A DNA stretch of 63,161 nucleotides, counting the filler, from Choristocarpus tenellus KU-1152 (taxonomy: Eukaryota; Protista; Phaeophyceae), in the NCBI GenBank assembly GCA_964200185.2. It is 13 parts of 13 records of this genome, joined end to end, with 100 filler letters (N's around TTAATTAATTAA, not from the genome) between each part and the next. Parts side by side here need not be neighbours in the genome. Positions count along the whole stretch, not along the records: positions 26,545 to 34,640 come from CAXNAD020005155.1; positions 34,741 to 37,550 come from CAXNAD020024555.1; positions 37,651 to 44,186 come from CAXNAD020007912.1; 10 more parts are not named here. One strand, 5' to 3'. Of this stretch, positions 27,087 through 40,143 are shown in pieces. Made by a program: the position numbers and the translations under genes. The notes under the pieces were generated by a model. That model did not search any database, was not told where the DNA came from, and saw only the letters and a program-made list of their open reading frames with translations. Position 1 is the first letter of the stretch. Each line of letters starts with the position of its first letter.

Positions 27087-28706
27087 GACCTGGTGTCTTT
27101 TTTCTTTCTCTTTTTCTATATCTCCCGTTGATGTTAAATGTACAGTAAGAGCAAGTTGTGTCATTGTTGGTCATGTGCACTTCATACCTCCACAGCAAGG
27201 TTCTAGTCTTAAAGAGCCTTCCCTGTCAAACACTCTCGTGTGAGTTTGCACGTCTGTGTATATTGTTTCAGTAGAGATCAAGTTTTACTGGAACATTCTC
27301 TGATTTCCTGATTGCGTGGTGATGGTAGAGTTCAAGCCTTGACCTAAACTGTTGAGGAATAGGCCTCTTGCTAAGACAAGTAGTGTGGTCTCCCTACTCA
27401 CCAACCTTTCCTTGTCGCTATTTTCACATTGTCCATGTGTTGCTTATATACTAGGCAATGCTGCACGAAGCTGAAGTGTGGGAGCTCAAAGTGCACATCT
27501 TAGAATAGATTCGAAAACATACCTTCAGTGGATGGAAGGAGTTCGGCTAACTTCTTTGCTCCTCGTGACTACTCTGCTCCAGCATGAACCCGACATTGGA
27601 TAGTGTTCTGTATTGTACCGTGGGACATCCGTTGGCCTTCTTTTACCTTTTTCTCACTTCTTGGCACACTTGCATACTGTTGCAGATACTCTGGGAGGTA
27701 AAAAGACTCAGAGAAATTGACCCATTGTGAAGAAGGCTATTGTTTTGATTTATTGTATCGATGTAGCTGTGTTCTTTGTATGTTTCATGCCCACGACTCC
27801 TCAACGTTTTGGTGACACTGCATGTGTTGGAACTAAGAAAGGGAAGGGTCAGTAAACCAGCACTGGGATTGGGACCCCTGGAACTGGGCCACGCAGGGCC
27901 TGCCAGATGGGTCCTTCGGCTTCGCATTTATTTACCAACTTTCTAGACATTCTTCGTCGTATGTTCTGGAGTATGTAGTATCGATTGTTATTGTAGCCTA
28001 CAACGGAGAATTGATCGAATATTTTTATATGCACTTCGAGTATGTACAGATGTATGACGTAGGAAAGCTGGCAGTTGCATAACAAGTGATCACATACCAT
28101 ACACAAATTAAAATCTGCTGAGGTGTAGGAACCCTATGTTATTAGAGGAAATCTTCCTGGACAAAGGAGCATGCCTGCAATCTGACTGATCGTGCAACGG
28201 CTATTTGCGCGCGTTACTAGCCCGCTGGTTATTATGCGTGAAAACATACACGTGAACGCATTAGTGAAACACGTTTTTCCTGATTGGTTTCAGATATATT
28301 ATTAATCTTGCGATTCTGTGGTGGCGTGATTCACTCAGGTAAGGGTGGTGAAGAGAATCACCGGGCAAGACGGATCAGACAGACCAAGATGAACCATAAC
28401 CAAGAGGATCAGGTTGAGGTTGGATAAGTGCAAGACTGCAAGGGCTTGCAGGAAAATGTGGAGTGATGAAAATCTCACGAGGGGGGGATCATCAAAAAAG
28501 TCAAGACATGACAACAAAGATAATCTTTGATGTATGACATCTCTGGTTGAAGAAATGTCCACTTCTTGTGGAATTGATCCCTTGAAAGATTCCACACCTC
28601 AATTATTCGTAAGGCTCCACTGGAATCGGGGGCTCCTGACAAGGAAACCTCAATCGGTATATTGGTATATGGCATACGACAATAACGGTATAACAACAGA
28701 ATATAT

Positions 28707-28811
28707 AACTCGAAGTATCTGGGGGGGGGGGGGGGGGGGGGGGGGGCTCTTTTTTGGTTTTTTTTTTTTTATAAAGCTTTTTTTTTNNNNNNNNNNAAGA
28801 GAAAAAAGAAT

Positions 28812-28845
<34 letters not shown>

Positions 28846-29000
28846 GACGGCTGTCCGTTTGTGGTCTATTTTTCCATATAGCACTTTTTTTTTATTTGGT
28901 TGGATGTGTCGGGTGGACAATGTAAGTGCACCTTTCTTGGTCAGGTCCCAAATGGACACCCTGGTATAGACTCCCCTCCCCCCCCCAGATACTTTGAGCC
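28707..29000. mobile_element. MITE family B copy (with internal 10-N gap)
   Basis: CTCGAAGTATCTGGGG...CCCCAGATACTTTGAGCC with core AATGTAAGTGCAC. Confidence 0.8.
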
Positions 29001-29699
29001 TAATATGTATATATATGATGGGGGTGGGGAGGTGATGGAGGAAGGTGATGACGGTGTATGAGATAGGCAGGGGCGAGGAACGAACATAGGTGGAGCACAC
29101 AACTCTCCTTCGGGAATAGGCGAACAGGTTTTGATTTCGCAGGAAGCTGAGGGTCGGACGGAGAATGGAATAGGCGCACGCGGGGGGGGGGGCTCCTTGT
29201 ATGGATGGAGTTGGTTTAAAAAAAATAAGTTACACGCCTACTGCTGTTGGATTATTGAAATGTCTTTAGTGTATGTGATAAACTCTGTTGTGTTGTTGTG
29301 TTTGTCTTGTTCTCTAGCTTGTATGTTGCCTTTCCCCTCCCAACACGACATCTATCCTGCCATACATCAGTCAGTGGTCATAAATCCACATATTCTATGT
29401 ATCATAATATGTATGTTGAAGTTGCATGTATGTACTGGGGGGTTGTCTTTCGTATTTTGAAGATCACATACTGTATAAGAAGAGGAATTAAGAGTAGTTG
29501 AGTGGACACATCATTGTAATGTGTAAATTATGTAGGTAATGAGAAACACTACCACTAAATATTGTGGCATTTTTTCCATACATTGAGTGGTAGATAGGTG
29601 CCATATTCGACAAAGGATCTGTTTTTTGAAACTCAAAGTGAGATATTGAAGACCAGTGACATTTTCAAACATTACATCAATTTATTACGGCATAATAAT

Positions 29700-30451
29700 T
29701 GCTCTTTTGTAAGGTGGAACAAAGTCAGCATTTTCTGTCACCACTGGGATTTCTTCCTGCTGTCGAGGAGCAGACAAAGGCTAAATTCGTTTGATAGCAC
29801 GCGTGTGTGTTCCTTTCGCTGTGTTTTCAAGGACGTTGGTGAGGAGGAGAATGTGGTTGTCTTCCAGAGCTTCTACGATGATGTTTGCTAATATTTGTGC
29901 GGTGCATTGTGTCCACTCTCACTCTTCCCCCCCATGGTTTGTAGGTCATGATAAAGAACTGGCACAGATGGATCCCAGGATATAAAGTACACAGTACATT
30001 GTTAAAACCTGTGCGATGTGCAAGATATATTTTTTCCCCCTCTCATTCCCCTGACGCTTTCCAAAAGCTTCCGTGTGCCCCTCCTGAGCACAGCCGAGGT
30101 GTTCGGACGAGATTTGTAGCTGACTTCTGTGTGTTCCTTTTGATTTCGCCACGATCCCACTGCACTAATTTGATGCAGAGGAGACAGATTGGTGTTGAGT
30201 TACACTTGCCCCTTGTGCAACATGGGAAACATCAGAGCAGGGAGCTGCTACACCTCTGATCTTGACCGTTTCCCAGTTCTGTAGGTGGTAATCAGCCGTC
30301 AAAACTCTCTGTCGGAGATTGCAACCACCTTAAAACCTTCAGATGAAGACTTTCCCATCGCTGAATCGTCGTCTGAGACCACATCACGAGAACCATCATC
30401 CCTAGCTTCATCACAAAGCTCACAATCTTCTGAGCTAAAGAATTCTGTCAT
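29700..30451 (-). mobile_element. hAT-like transposase N-terminal remnant (BED zinc finger), degenerate
   Basis: Acidic N-terminus, then KRSRSEV*, PICLLC and SATNLVR/HL, fitting the BED finger pattern (RS.VW...C..C...TNL..HL) with stops and frameshifts. Confidence 0.35.
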
Positions 30452-32058
30452 GTCCGCTTTATGGAGCAAAAAGTGTCACAGTGACAAATAATGATATATG
30501 TGTATGCGCTTGTCATCACGTGTGGCACAAACATGACCTTTCAGAGGTGTGTAAACGCACAAATCATGCACGGAATAACCGAATAATCGACCTAAAAATT
30601 AGATTTGATAATCAATATATCACGATTAATATTTGTAAAGCAAAGAAACTACTCAGGAGTACTATATAAATATCCATTCACAACCCTACTGCTATTGCAT
30701 GATATGATCTTTAATATTATTTTTGTTTTTGAAGAATGTTAACTCTTTCTACGACACTACTCTATATTTGCTTGGTTGGTCATGGGATCTTTTGTGTTTG
30801 TGTTTACTATGTGATCTTCTATGTTCGTATTTTTCTTTTTCTTGGAGAGGGGTGGTAACTATTTGTATCACAGTATACTCTGTTTTGCTTGTCTAAGTGA
30901 CTTCTAGCGCTATTGTCTTTCTGTTAAGTCACAGGTCTTTCTTTGTGACAGTTCCCTGTTTTATACATCTTTTAAGTATCTTCGTAGTATTTTTTTAAGT
31001 TTGCGTTTTTGTTGTTCTCTGCTGATGCAAAGGCTGTCCGGACAAGACCTCTACCTGTTGTGAGTACATTGATGCTGATAGAAAAGCCTCCTGTCTGTGA
31101 ACAATATATGAGTAGAATGTGATGTGTTGCTAGAGTTTGCTCATCTGAATGACAAGGTATTGGTGTCACACTGGCATATCCATCGCGAAAATATGCCACT
31201 TTGTACTGTTGCAGAAAGAGTCTTTGCTGGATTGTGATATCACCTTGTGCGTGGAAAGGGGCAATACCAAATTTGCATACACTACTTTGCAAATATAGAA
31301 ATGAAATAGAGTGTATTGCAGAGGGTAAGGAAGGTGGCTTAGAATACAAAAGGGTTCAAACCTGCCTAAATCTCAATTGGCTCATAGTAGAAATGACAGG
31401 AGTCCTGGACTGGTCCTGTTAAAACATATTTACTGCTACCAGCCAACGACCTGGTCCCGCCACATTTAGTCGTGGTGAAACGTTCTGCACAGTGATGTGT
31501 ACTTCTCAAGAGGAATCGCAGAACCTTAATGAAAAATCCCCCCCACCCCAGACAGGTGGGTTGTGTACAGGTGGAATCCCGTTTGCTGGAGAAGAGGAGC
31601 TGGCTACATTATCATACCTTTATTCTTTAAATTAACTACTTTGAAGTAAATTGAAGGGTCACTCCTTAGCCTGCAGGAATCTTGGTTGTTAAGTTAGACC
31701 TTGTGCCTAAATAGATTACAACCTCCTTACGTGTTTATTTTGCTTGAGGGTTGAGTTTGGGGTTATATGATAAGATCTGGAATGCCGTGTTTTGGCTCCT
31801 TCCCCCTTGTGTTGGAAGGGGGCACCACGTGGAGCAACTTCCACCTGTCACATTTATGTTCTATTGCATGGTATCCAAAGTGGGACACCATGCTTAGTTA
31901 GCTGCCTGATCAGGAGGAGAGTTTAGCCACTTTGAGTTGGTGGAGATGAACTAAGTGGCCTTGAGTAATCGTCAAGATCACATTTTTTAATTGTTCTTGG
32001 CTTTAGCAATATTATGTAGTCCTATGTATGTTGTACATAGGTACAGGTATGTACTCCG

Positions 32059-32239
32059 GGCTCGAAGTATCTAGGGGGGGGGGTGACGGCTGTCCATTTG
32101 TGCCCCATTTTTCCATGTAGCAATTTTTTTGTGACTTGGTTGTTGCATATGTCGGATGGATAATGTAAGTGCACCTTTCCTGATCAGGTCCCAAATGGAC
32201 AACCTGGTGTAGACCCTCCCCCCCCAGATACTTTGAGCC
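32059..32239. mobile_element. MITE family B, full copy
   Basis: GGCTCGAAGTATCT...AGATACTTTGAGCC. Flanks TCCG/TCTG. Confidence 0.85.
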
Positions 32240-32410
32240 TCTGGAGTATATATATGTATTATGTGGTGCAACATCACGTCCATCACATCCAGTATTCTTT
32301 GTCACGAGCTTTGGGCAAGTGGTGTAACATCTTCCTTTGAAGAATAGATCTATCGTAATATAGCAAATAGCTGGTTATATACAGCAGCAATATTAGTGGC
32401 AACATCGTTG

Positions 32411-32662
32411 TAACGAAAGTAAACTAGAGGTTCCCAGTTTTTGGCCATTTTGCATTTTAAGCCAGTTTTTTTTTCAATTTGCTCATTTTATATGAAATCC
32501 TAAGTTCGACCTGAGAGGGTTGATTTCTTTACTCTTTCGAAATTTTCTACACAATTCGGAAAAGCTCCTATACGCATTTGTCAAAAATGCCGAATTTTAC
32601 ACATATTTTTCAGTATCCTTAAAATAAAATGCAACTCTGGGTACCTCTCGTTACTTTGACTC
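32411..32662. mobile_element. MITE family C with related TIR
   Basis: The right end CTGGGTACCTCTCGTTACTTTGACTC is inverted relative to the left end AAAGTAAACTAGAGGTTCCCAG. Shares terminal GAGTCAAAGTA with family A but has an unrelated interior. Confidence 0.6.
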
Positions 32663-33806
32663 AACATTCATTCATGACATGCACTTCTAATGTTTGTGTT
32701 CCTTGGGTTGTGGTGCTTGTATGTGTAAATGCCCCTATGTTTTTATGTTACATAAACCATATGCACTACTAGTATATGCAGTCATTGTAGAAGAAGTACT
32801 AAGACATGGGTTGTTGTTATTGGTGGCAGATCTCTTGCGTCTCATTTGGTACTGCCAGCAACTGCATCATCGTGTCATCATCGTTCAATCTATTCTTTAT
32901 TGTAACGTGCCGTGTCTTAACGTCATGGTCACCCTGCCTATTGTTCTAGTTCCAGTCTACGTACTTGTGGTATGAATGGCTCAATCCTTTCAACAATTGA
33001 TCTCGCCACAGTGACGATGTGATAATCATTTATAATGATAATCAGATTAATATCTCGATTGTTGTAATTTCGCCACTACTTCTAAACCTATTACAAGTAT
33101 TGAGTGATAACACAGATTACGTGGGGTACGAGGGAGGACATTATTCACTACACATTAGCAGACATTCAAGTAACAATTCTGGGAGATGAACTCATGCTCC
33201 TCCCCAACGCCCTTCAAAGTACCATAAAAAGGGATATACATACGACATCATGCCAGATTGAGCCTTGTTTGGCTGGGCTCCTCAAAAGGAAAAAATTCCA
33301 TTGGAAAAAAAAATGACGATTTTATTCCATCTCACACAATTAAATATCCTTTAAAAAAATTGCAATTTCTGAGAAATTCGTAGTGGTCTTCAATATCTCA
33401 CTCTGGGTTCTTTATCTTTTTCTTATGTTAGTAATCGTGTTTATGTTTTTTCTGATGTCACTTCTCTCAATATTTGAATTATAAAAAGTCATAATATTAA
33501 TGGTAGTAGTCCAGATACTTCCAAGATTCCATCACAAATATTAGAATTATATAGTATATTTTATGTTGGTCACAGTTGGACTCCACTCACCTGCAGAATC
33601 AAATCACATTAAATGAAATTTTGTTTTGACATTTATGTTTGCCAGTGCAGTAATGATACTGTGGGTAACGCCTACACTACACTCACCATACTTGCTACTA
33701 CTAGGCAACTAATACAACTACTGGTTAGAAGTTAACCCATTCCTTATGAAGTGGGTGGTATTCCACACAAGATAAGAATATGAAGTCATATCAAAGTGTC
33801 AACTTG

Positions 33807-33899
33807 TCACTTCAGAGCAAGGTCTGCAGCAAATTCGGTCATGGTCCGTCTTGCATCATTCCACATCCGAATCTTGCATTCACGGGCTTCCTGCTCCAT
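33807..33899 (-). CDS. Putative terminal exon of an unidentified gene
   Basis: Acceptor ttgtccccgacag followed by MEQEARECKIRMWNDARRTMTEFAADLALK*. Upstream exons not identified. Confidence 0.4.
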   Translation of the reverse strand: MEQEARECKIRMWNDARRTMTEFAADLALK

Positions 33900-36800
33900 C
33901 TGTCGGGGACAAGAAAGGGGCAGTGCTTAGAATGGATCCGCCCCCCAGAAAACTAACACTTCACGTAACATGCAGGAGGATCAATTAGGAATGAAGGTGT
34001 CGTCCATGTATAAGGTTTGCTTTTTGAATGCAGTCAACTGTCACTTCAGATATGTGTGAGTGGTCAATCAGGGAAGGCACACCACACATCCCAAGCTAAT
34101 CTGCAGTATTTCAGGGGTGCATAAATCGATATATAAATTAATATCATATGAACTCTTTGATTGTGCCCTTTTAATATTTTGTGTGTGCAATGTCTTTAAT
34201 GTGTGTGTGTGTGTGTGTGAAATATTTGCGTAATAATAATAATAAGTGCTGTTGCGCAGGAGGTCTAAGGTCAGGAAACGAGGAAGGTTCTGCACAAAAA
34301 ACCCTTTTTTTTCGAAGTCAAACCTCTATGGGAGCCATTGTTGGGGACACCACATGGATGTTGAACAATCTAGAAAAATGAAAAAAAATGGTAAAGAATT
34401 TCCACACCCAAATTCCGAAATCAATATTTTGCTTAGAATAATTTTTCAGCCTTTTTTCGAACTCAAAATGCGAAAATCTCAGACCTAGCATCACAATAAT
34501 CTTTGAGATAACAGACAACAACATGACAATAGACTCTCAAAAAAGAGACCGGAGAAGTGGTTATACTACTACTGTGCCTGGGACATTGGTGATGTGTGAG
34601 GGACATCGAAGAAGAGAAAAAAAATCTCCCCCCCCCCCCCNNNNNNNNNNNNNNNNNNNNNNNNNNNNNNNNNNNNNNNNNNNNTTAATTAATTAANNNN
34701 NNNNNNNNNNNNNNNNNNNNNNNNNNNNNNNNNNNNNNNNCCAGTCAATTTTGGGTCAAGCTCATCCTCAATTTTTGAAATCTGCTGTTATTGAATAAAT
34801 TCATTTGGATGGCAGAGTACTAAGCGCATTCGATTTGTAACATACTCCAGCATCCATGTTGTGGCGGGTGATCTCCGTTTATATATAGCAAAGCACAGCA
34901 CGGCTAGGGAATGTATGCAAAAGAGAGCTATTCCAATAGTCTTTTCATTATGTTGTGTGGATGTATTTATTAGCGGAGTGAGCAAAGCCCTCGGTAGTGG
35001 GGGGTGCTTTCTCTTGTTATCTTATTCCACACGTCAGCGGAAACATCAAAAATGAATCCTGGCGTTGGTCGTACAAGTCATTATCTTGTGTTACTATGTC
35101 TACGTCAGAAATCCTCCATCAATCCACTTGTATCAAGTAATAAGAAATCAATCATCCGAGATTCGAACCCACTTCTCGAAGAACGTAAGTGAGTCAATGA
35201 CGCTTACTCCACATAGTAAACATTTCTGTTGTCTAGCCGTGGTCACTAAACAGCTATAAACCATATAGACTGCCAGCCTATATTGCGCAGAATGTGTGAA
35301 ATGTCAAGTGGATGGGTGGAACAGGCCGTAAGGTGGGGTTGAGGCCACTCATCACCCTAAGGCATACTCAAGTACCCTGTGGAGAGGGTATAATGTGACT
35401 GTAGAGTAAACCATTGACAGTATGATGGATTAAGATAACACTATCCACACTATCTCTTTGTGTATAAAGGTAAACTCTTGTATTGTCAACCCCCCAATAT
35501 GTAGTTGCCGCCTATCTCTGACTTGCCATCTCAATCCTCGGCCTGCTGACAAGCTGGTTGTACTTGCCATCCCAATCCCATTGTTGAACAATCCCCAAGC
35601 TTCTTTCATATTTTTCTTGCTTGATACAGAACTTGTGTTTTAGTGAGCAGAGGCTCCTTTTTTGGATCATTGGTGTGGATTGTTGTTTATTTTCCTCTGA
35701 GATACCGAACCTTGCTGCTGGTATCAGTACTTCCTAGAACCAGTGCATATGCCTGGACTTGGACCTAATGAAGCAACAGTACCTTGGTGTGTTTGACCCC
35801 CCTTTCTGCATCTTAATTGCATTACCTCTGGCAAATGAAAGTAAGAGAACCCTAACCCTAAGTTAGAGAAGAATGAACTCGTGATAGATAAGTCTTGCTT
35901 TGTCTCCTCAAGGTCAAGGCAATGTATTTGCCAAACTGTAGCCCCCGCCAACCCTTTGAATGAGGGCGTGGAATCAGGTGCTACTTGAAACCTGAAATTT
36001 CAGTGCCTTCAAGTTATCACCCCAAAGCATTCCACCTCTTTCTCTCAAAAAGTCGGTTTGACGATACCACCTGAATCGCCCCCACCTTCAAACATACTCT
36101 TCACCAAATAAAAAAGAACATTGTTGGTTTACTGACTCTTCAGATAGATGTGTCTATTGTTATATTTCCACATAAAATCTTCACCAGAGTACCAGTTTGG
36201 TGCATCGATCCCCATTACAAAGACCGTTTTTTTTTTTTTTCAGTCATCTGATGGAATGAGGGATAAAAAAAATAACACGGGAAAAGCCTCTGTAAAACAT
36301 AGCGTTGTATCTCAAAAAAGCAAAGATAAGCGTGCCCCCCTTCCTACCTCTTATCTTCTCATGCAGGCTAGGGTTAGGGCTAGGGAAATATCTTCCGTAC
36401 ACTATTAACTGTCTATTTTTACCCTTGAGCCTGTTTTTGTCGTGGAGGGGATCACAACAGATACCTTTAAAAAAACAAACAAATTCTAGGCACAGTAGCA
36501 AGCACACGCTATATCTATTGAGAGGTCAGAATCATCAGTGCAGACCAGGGTCCACAACAGAGAGTATTTTGCTCCAAGAGGGTCTGGACAATGAACATCA
36601 CACAAGCACACACAGAATTGAATATGGCAAATAAGTTTGAATTTAGTGCTCTTGAGTACAACTATTCCAGTGGTGCTCTCTCTCTATGTTCTGCACACGG
36701 GTATAGTGATTACCATTATCCAACTTCAACTTGTTTGAAACGTGACTATTCTCGTTTTCATGGATATATATATATATATAACATACAGTGATAATTTCGA

Positions 36801-37719
36801 TTTTTTTTTTGAGTTTTTTTTTTTGTTTGCTTTATGTCGTAGAGCCCTATAATATGTATCCACTTCATGGATACATATTTTTTGGAACAAGTCTAGATGA
36901 TATGGTAACCATTACAATCCTAACTTAGGGTTAGGGTTGATAACACTTGATCTGTGATTTAAAGGACAAAATCAGAACACGACATAGCCAGGTATACCTC
37001 GAGAAAGACAAAGCTGTATGCCAGTATTTTCGATATTTTGAGGATCAAGTCTTTGTTAATAACGTGTTGTCAGGCGTTGGTTCCATGCACCCCCTTCCCT
37101 CCTCAACCCTTCAAGCCGCTGAGTCCTCCAACTGGTGTTCCCAACCCGAGCTCTCTTCTACACTATTGCGTACCCTGCCACCCCATGGCTGAACTGTTCA
37201 CACTTCGCTCCCCGGGACAGGAAAAGTCCTTTATCTACACCCCTAACCCTAACCCTAACTTTCAATTTAAGGTGGACCGGTCTCACTCTAAGGAATAGGT
37301 ATTGTAGCCTCTAAACAGCAGAATTCAATGCGGTAGAAAAACGACTCCATATATACTGCACAAGCTCCTAGGTATATACTACTTGGAAGGACTTGACGCA
37401 CGGGCAGTGCGTGGACTAAACACTACTTAGGGTCAGGGTCAGGGTTATCAACATCAGACCCTGTGCACAAATATATTGTCGAATTTGTAAGCACTTTTTT
37501 TTTTTGTACAGGGTCTATTGACCACACGGCAGTCACTGTATGCTCAAGACNNNNNNNNNNNNNNNNNNNNNNNNNNNNNNNNNNNNNNNNNNNNTTAATT
37601 AATTAANNNNNNNNNNNNNNNNNNNNNNNNNNNNNNNNNNNNNNNNNNNNCAACCATCCTCTTCCACTCCACTCCCCGTCGATGCTCCTGGGGGGGGGGG
37701 GGGGGGGAGGGGGGGGGGG

Positions 37720-37762
<43 letters not shown>

Positions 37763-38397
37763 ATGAAGGAGATAAAGAGGCAGTTTGGGGCATTTTTGAT
37801 ACTCTTGTTTTTTTATGCAGTTCTAGGGAAGTGAATTATCTTTGAGGGGATGCATGTGGAGGTACTTGCCTGGGTGTCTGATGACACTGTGGTATTGTTG
37901 AGGTGTTGATGAGGTGTCGATGAGGTGTCGAACGATGAATTGTGTTATTGATAGGAACGTGATGATGAAATTTGTATGTCACCATGTCTCAACCGTCAGA
38001 GGGGTTTGTGTTATCTGCCACTGAAACACCAGTGTCTTGTATGTGTGTTGGTAAGAATGATAAACAAGGGGTGGGATAGGCTGCTAGTAGTATTGCATAT
38101 AATTGAGTAGTGTGTATGTTTCTATTCATCACATGATATGTTCATCACATGATATGTGTGATCGCTAGCGCACAAGGCGTGTGAAGCGCTTGGTTACTAT
38201 TGTATGTGGCATTGAAGGCTTGGGCTCCCTAGTGTTGGCTGTGTAGAAAGAAACCTCAATTTTTTTCCTCTGGTGATCACCTATGTGTGTTGAAGGCTTG
38301 TGAGTGTGTTGTGTGTGTGATGGGAGGGACTGAGTTGTTCAAGTGGGGGGATTGTTGCATTGCATGTATGAGTGGTTCGTGTACTATGTCTATATCT

Positions 38398-38661
38398 GAG
38401 TGAAAGTATCCTAGAGGGTAGAGCCGCGTCCATTGGGGGCTAAAATTCAATGTTGCGATTTTGATGTAATTTTGGCTATCGTGTTTGTTAGGAAGTGTCA
38501 ATATCCCTTGTTCCAGACACACCTTTTCATATCGTACACATTTTACCTACTCCAAAATGTTTCTTAGTAGGAAAAATGTTACAAAACCCCCCGAGGGAAG
38601 TCAAGCCCCAAACGGACAAGAAGAGCAAAACTCGTACCCTAACCCTTATATACATTCACTC
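38398..38661. mobile_element. MITE family A copy
   Basis: GAGTGAAAGTATCCTAGAGGG...CATTCACTC. Flanks ATCT/GTCT. Confidence 0.85.
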
Positions 38662-39956
38662 GTCTTAGCTCTCCATTGGTAATGTCGTATCATGTAGCTC
38701 TCGCCGAATATATCATAGGCAGACTGTATTGTGTTTGTGTGTGTCTTGTGCTCCACCGAGATGAGATTATGTGGTTAGATACAGTAAGGCCAAATGCCGT
38801 GGGCAAAGGCCTGATTGTGTTCACTTGGAAAATGTAACACGCCGTTGTTGTTAGTGTCTTTTGGGGTGTCTTCCATGATCTTGACGCAGATGTTGTTAGT
38901 GTGATGTGCTCCTGACTGAGTACTTGTTAGAGATGATTGGGATGATACATACCTTGTGTATGTGTGTACTGTATTGGTAGTATACTCCTGAGTAGTTACC
39001 TTTGAGCGTGTTGATTGGAACGAGGCTAGATGCACATACTAAACAATAATGATAATTGCCGAGCAATGTGAAGGGATTAAATTCTGTCTGGATTAGGTTT
39101 TGGGGTGGAATTGAGCGCTTTTTTGTTTGTTTGTCCTTTTTTGGGGCACGGGCACAGGGACCTACAAACGAGATGTATATTCCTGCTACTGGGTAGTTTC
39201 CTTTTGCTATCAATATCTGAATTAGTTTATTGTCCACCCATACCTTCCATTCCATTCCTTCCATTCCACTCCTTCCATTGTAACATCACACCAACAACTT
39301 CCGTTCTTGCCAACCCTAGACTGTGTGCTGGCACCAGGATACCCTCTCACGAGAACAACCAGTCATTCGTATATCCCCTCAACGCCATGCTGTCACCAGG
39401 TTATATATCCACTCTTGGACCTATCCTCCCAAACCGTGCCCTTGAACTAGAAGGCGTCCATTTCCCTGCCAAAGCTCATCCTCCCATTCCCTCATAATCC
39501 AATACAATTGCTGTGAGTAATTGAGATGATGGGTGGGTGGTGGACGGGAAAGATTGCTCAATTACCTTCAGGTTTGCCCCTGTCATCCTTCTCCAATACT
39601 TTCTTTCATACTGATTGGTCCTTAACTCGACATACTCCCAATTCTTGCTTCAAACCGTTCCGCTTTTCTTTCCCTATTCATCCAACCTTGGTTGCTTTTC
39701 TTTTCTCTTTCAACGCATGTTGAAGCACCACCATATCTTTCTCCTTACCACAAAACTAAAAAATTGCTTGACACAATCTCACCCTTAATTTATAGCACAT
39801 ATGTGCAATTATGAGGAGAGCTTTAAATACGAAAAACGTAGCTAGAGGTGGTTGTTGGCCCAGAAGGAAGTGGGTACGACGTCATCTGAAAAGGGATCAC
39901 AAAACCATACATCAATACGGAACAAATCAATGGAGTGTGAGTAAGGTGGGAGGGAC

Positions 39957-40143
39957 CCCTCAAAGTATCTGAGGGGGGGTGATGACTGTCCATTTGGGGG
40001 GCGATTTTTTCATGTATGTCTCGATTTTTGAGAGATTTGGTTGCATACATCAGATGGATAATGTAAGTGCACTTTTCCTGGTTTCGACCCAAAAATGGGT
40101 ACCCTGGTGTAGACCGCCCCCCACCCCCCAGATACTTTGGGTC
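39957..40143. mobile_element. MITE family B copy
   Basis: CTCAAAGTATCTGAGGGGGG...CCCCCAGATACTTTGGGTC with the same core. Confidence 0.8.
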
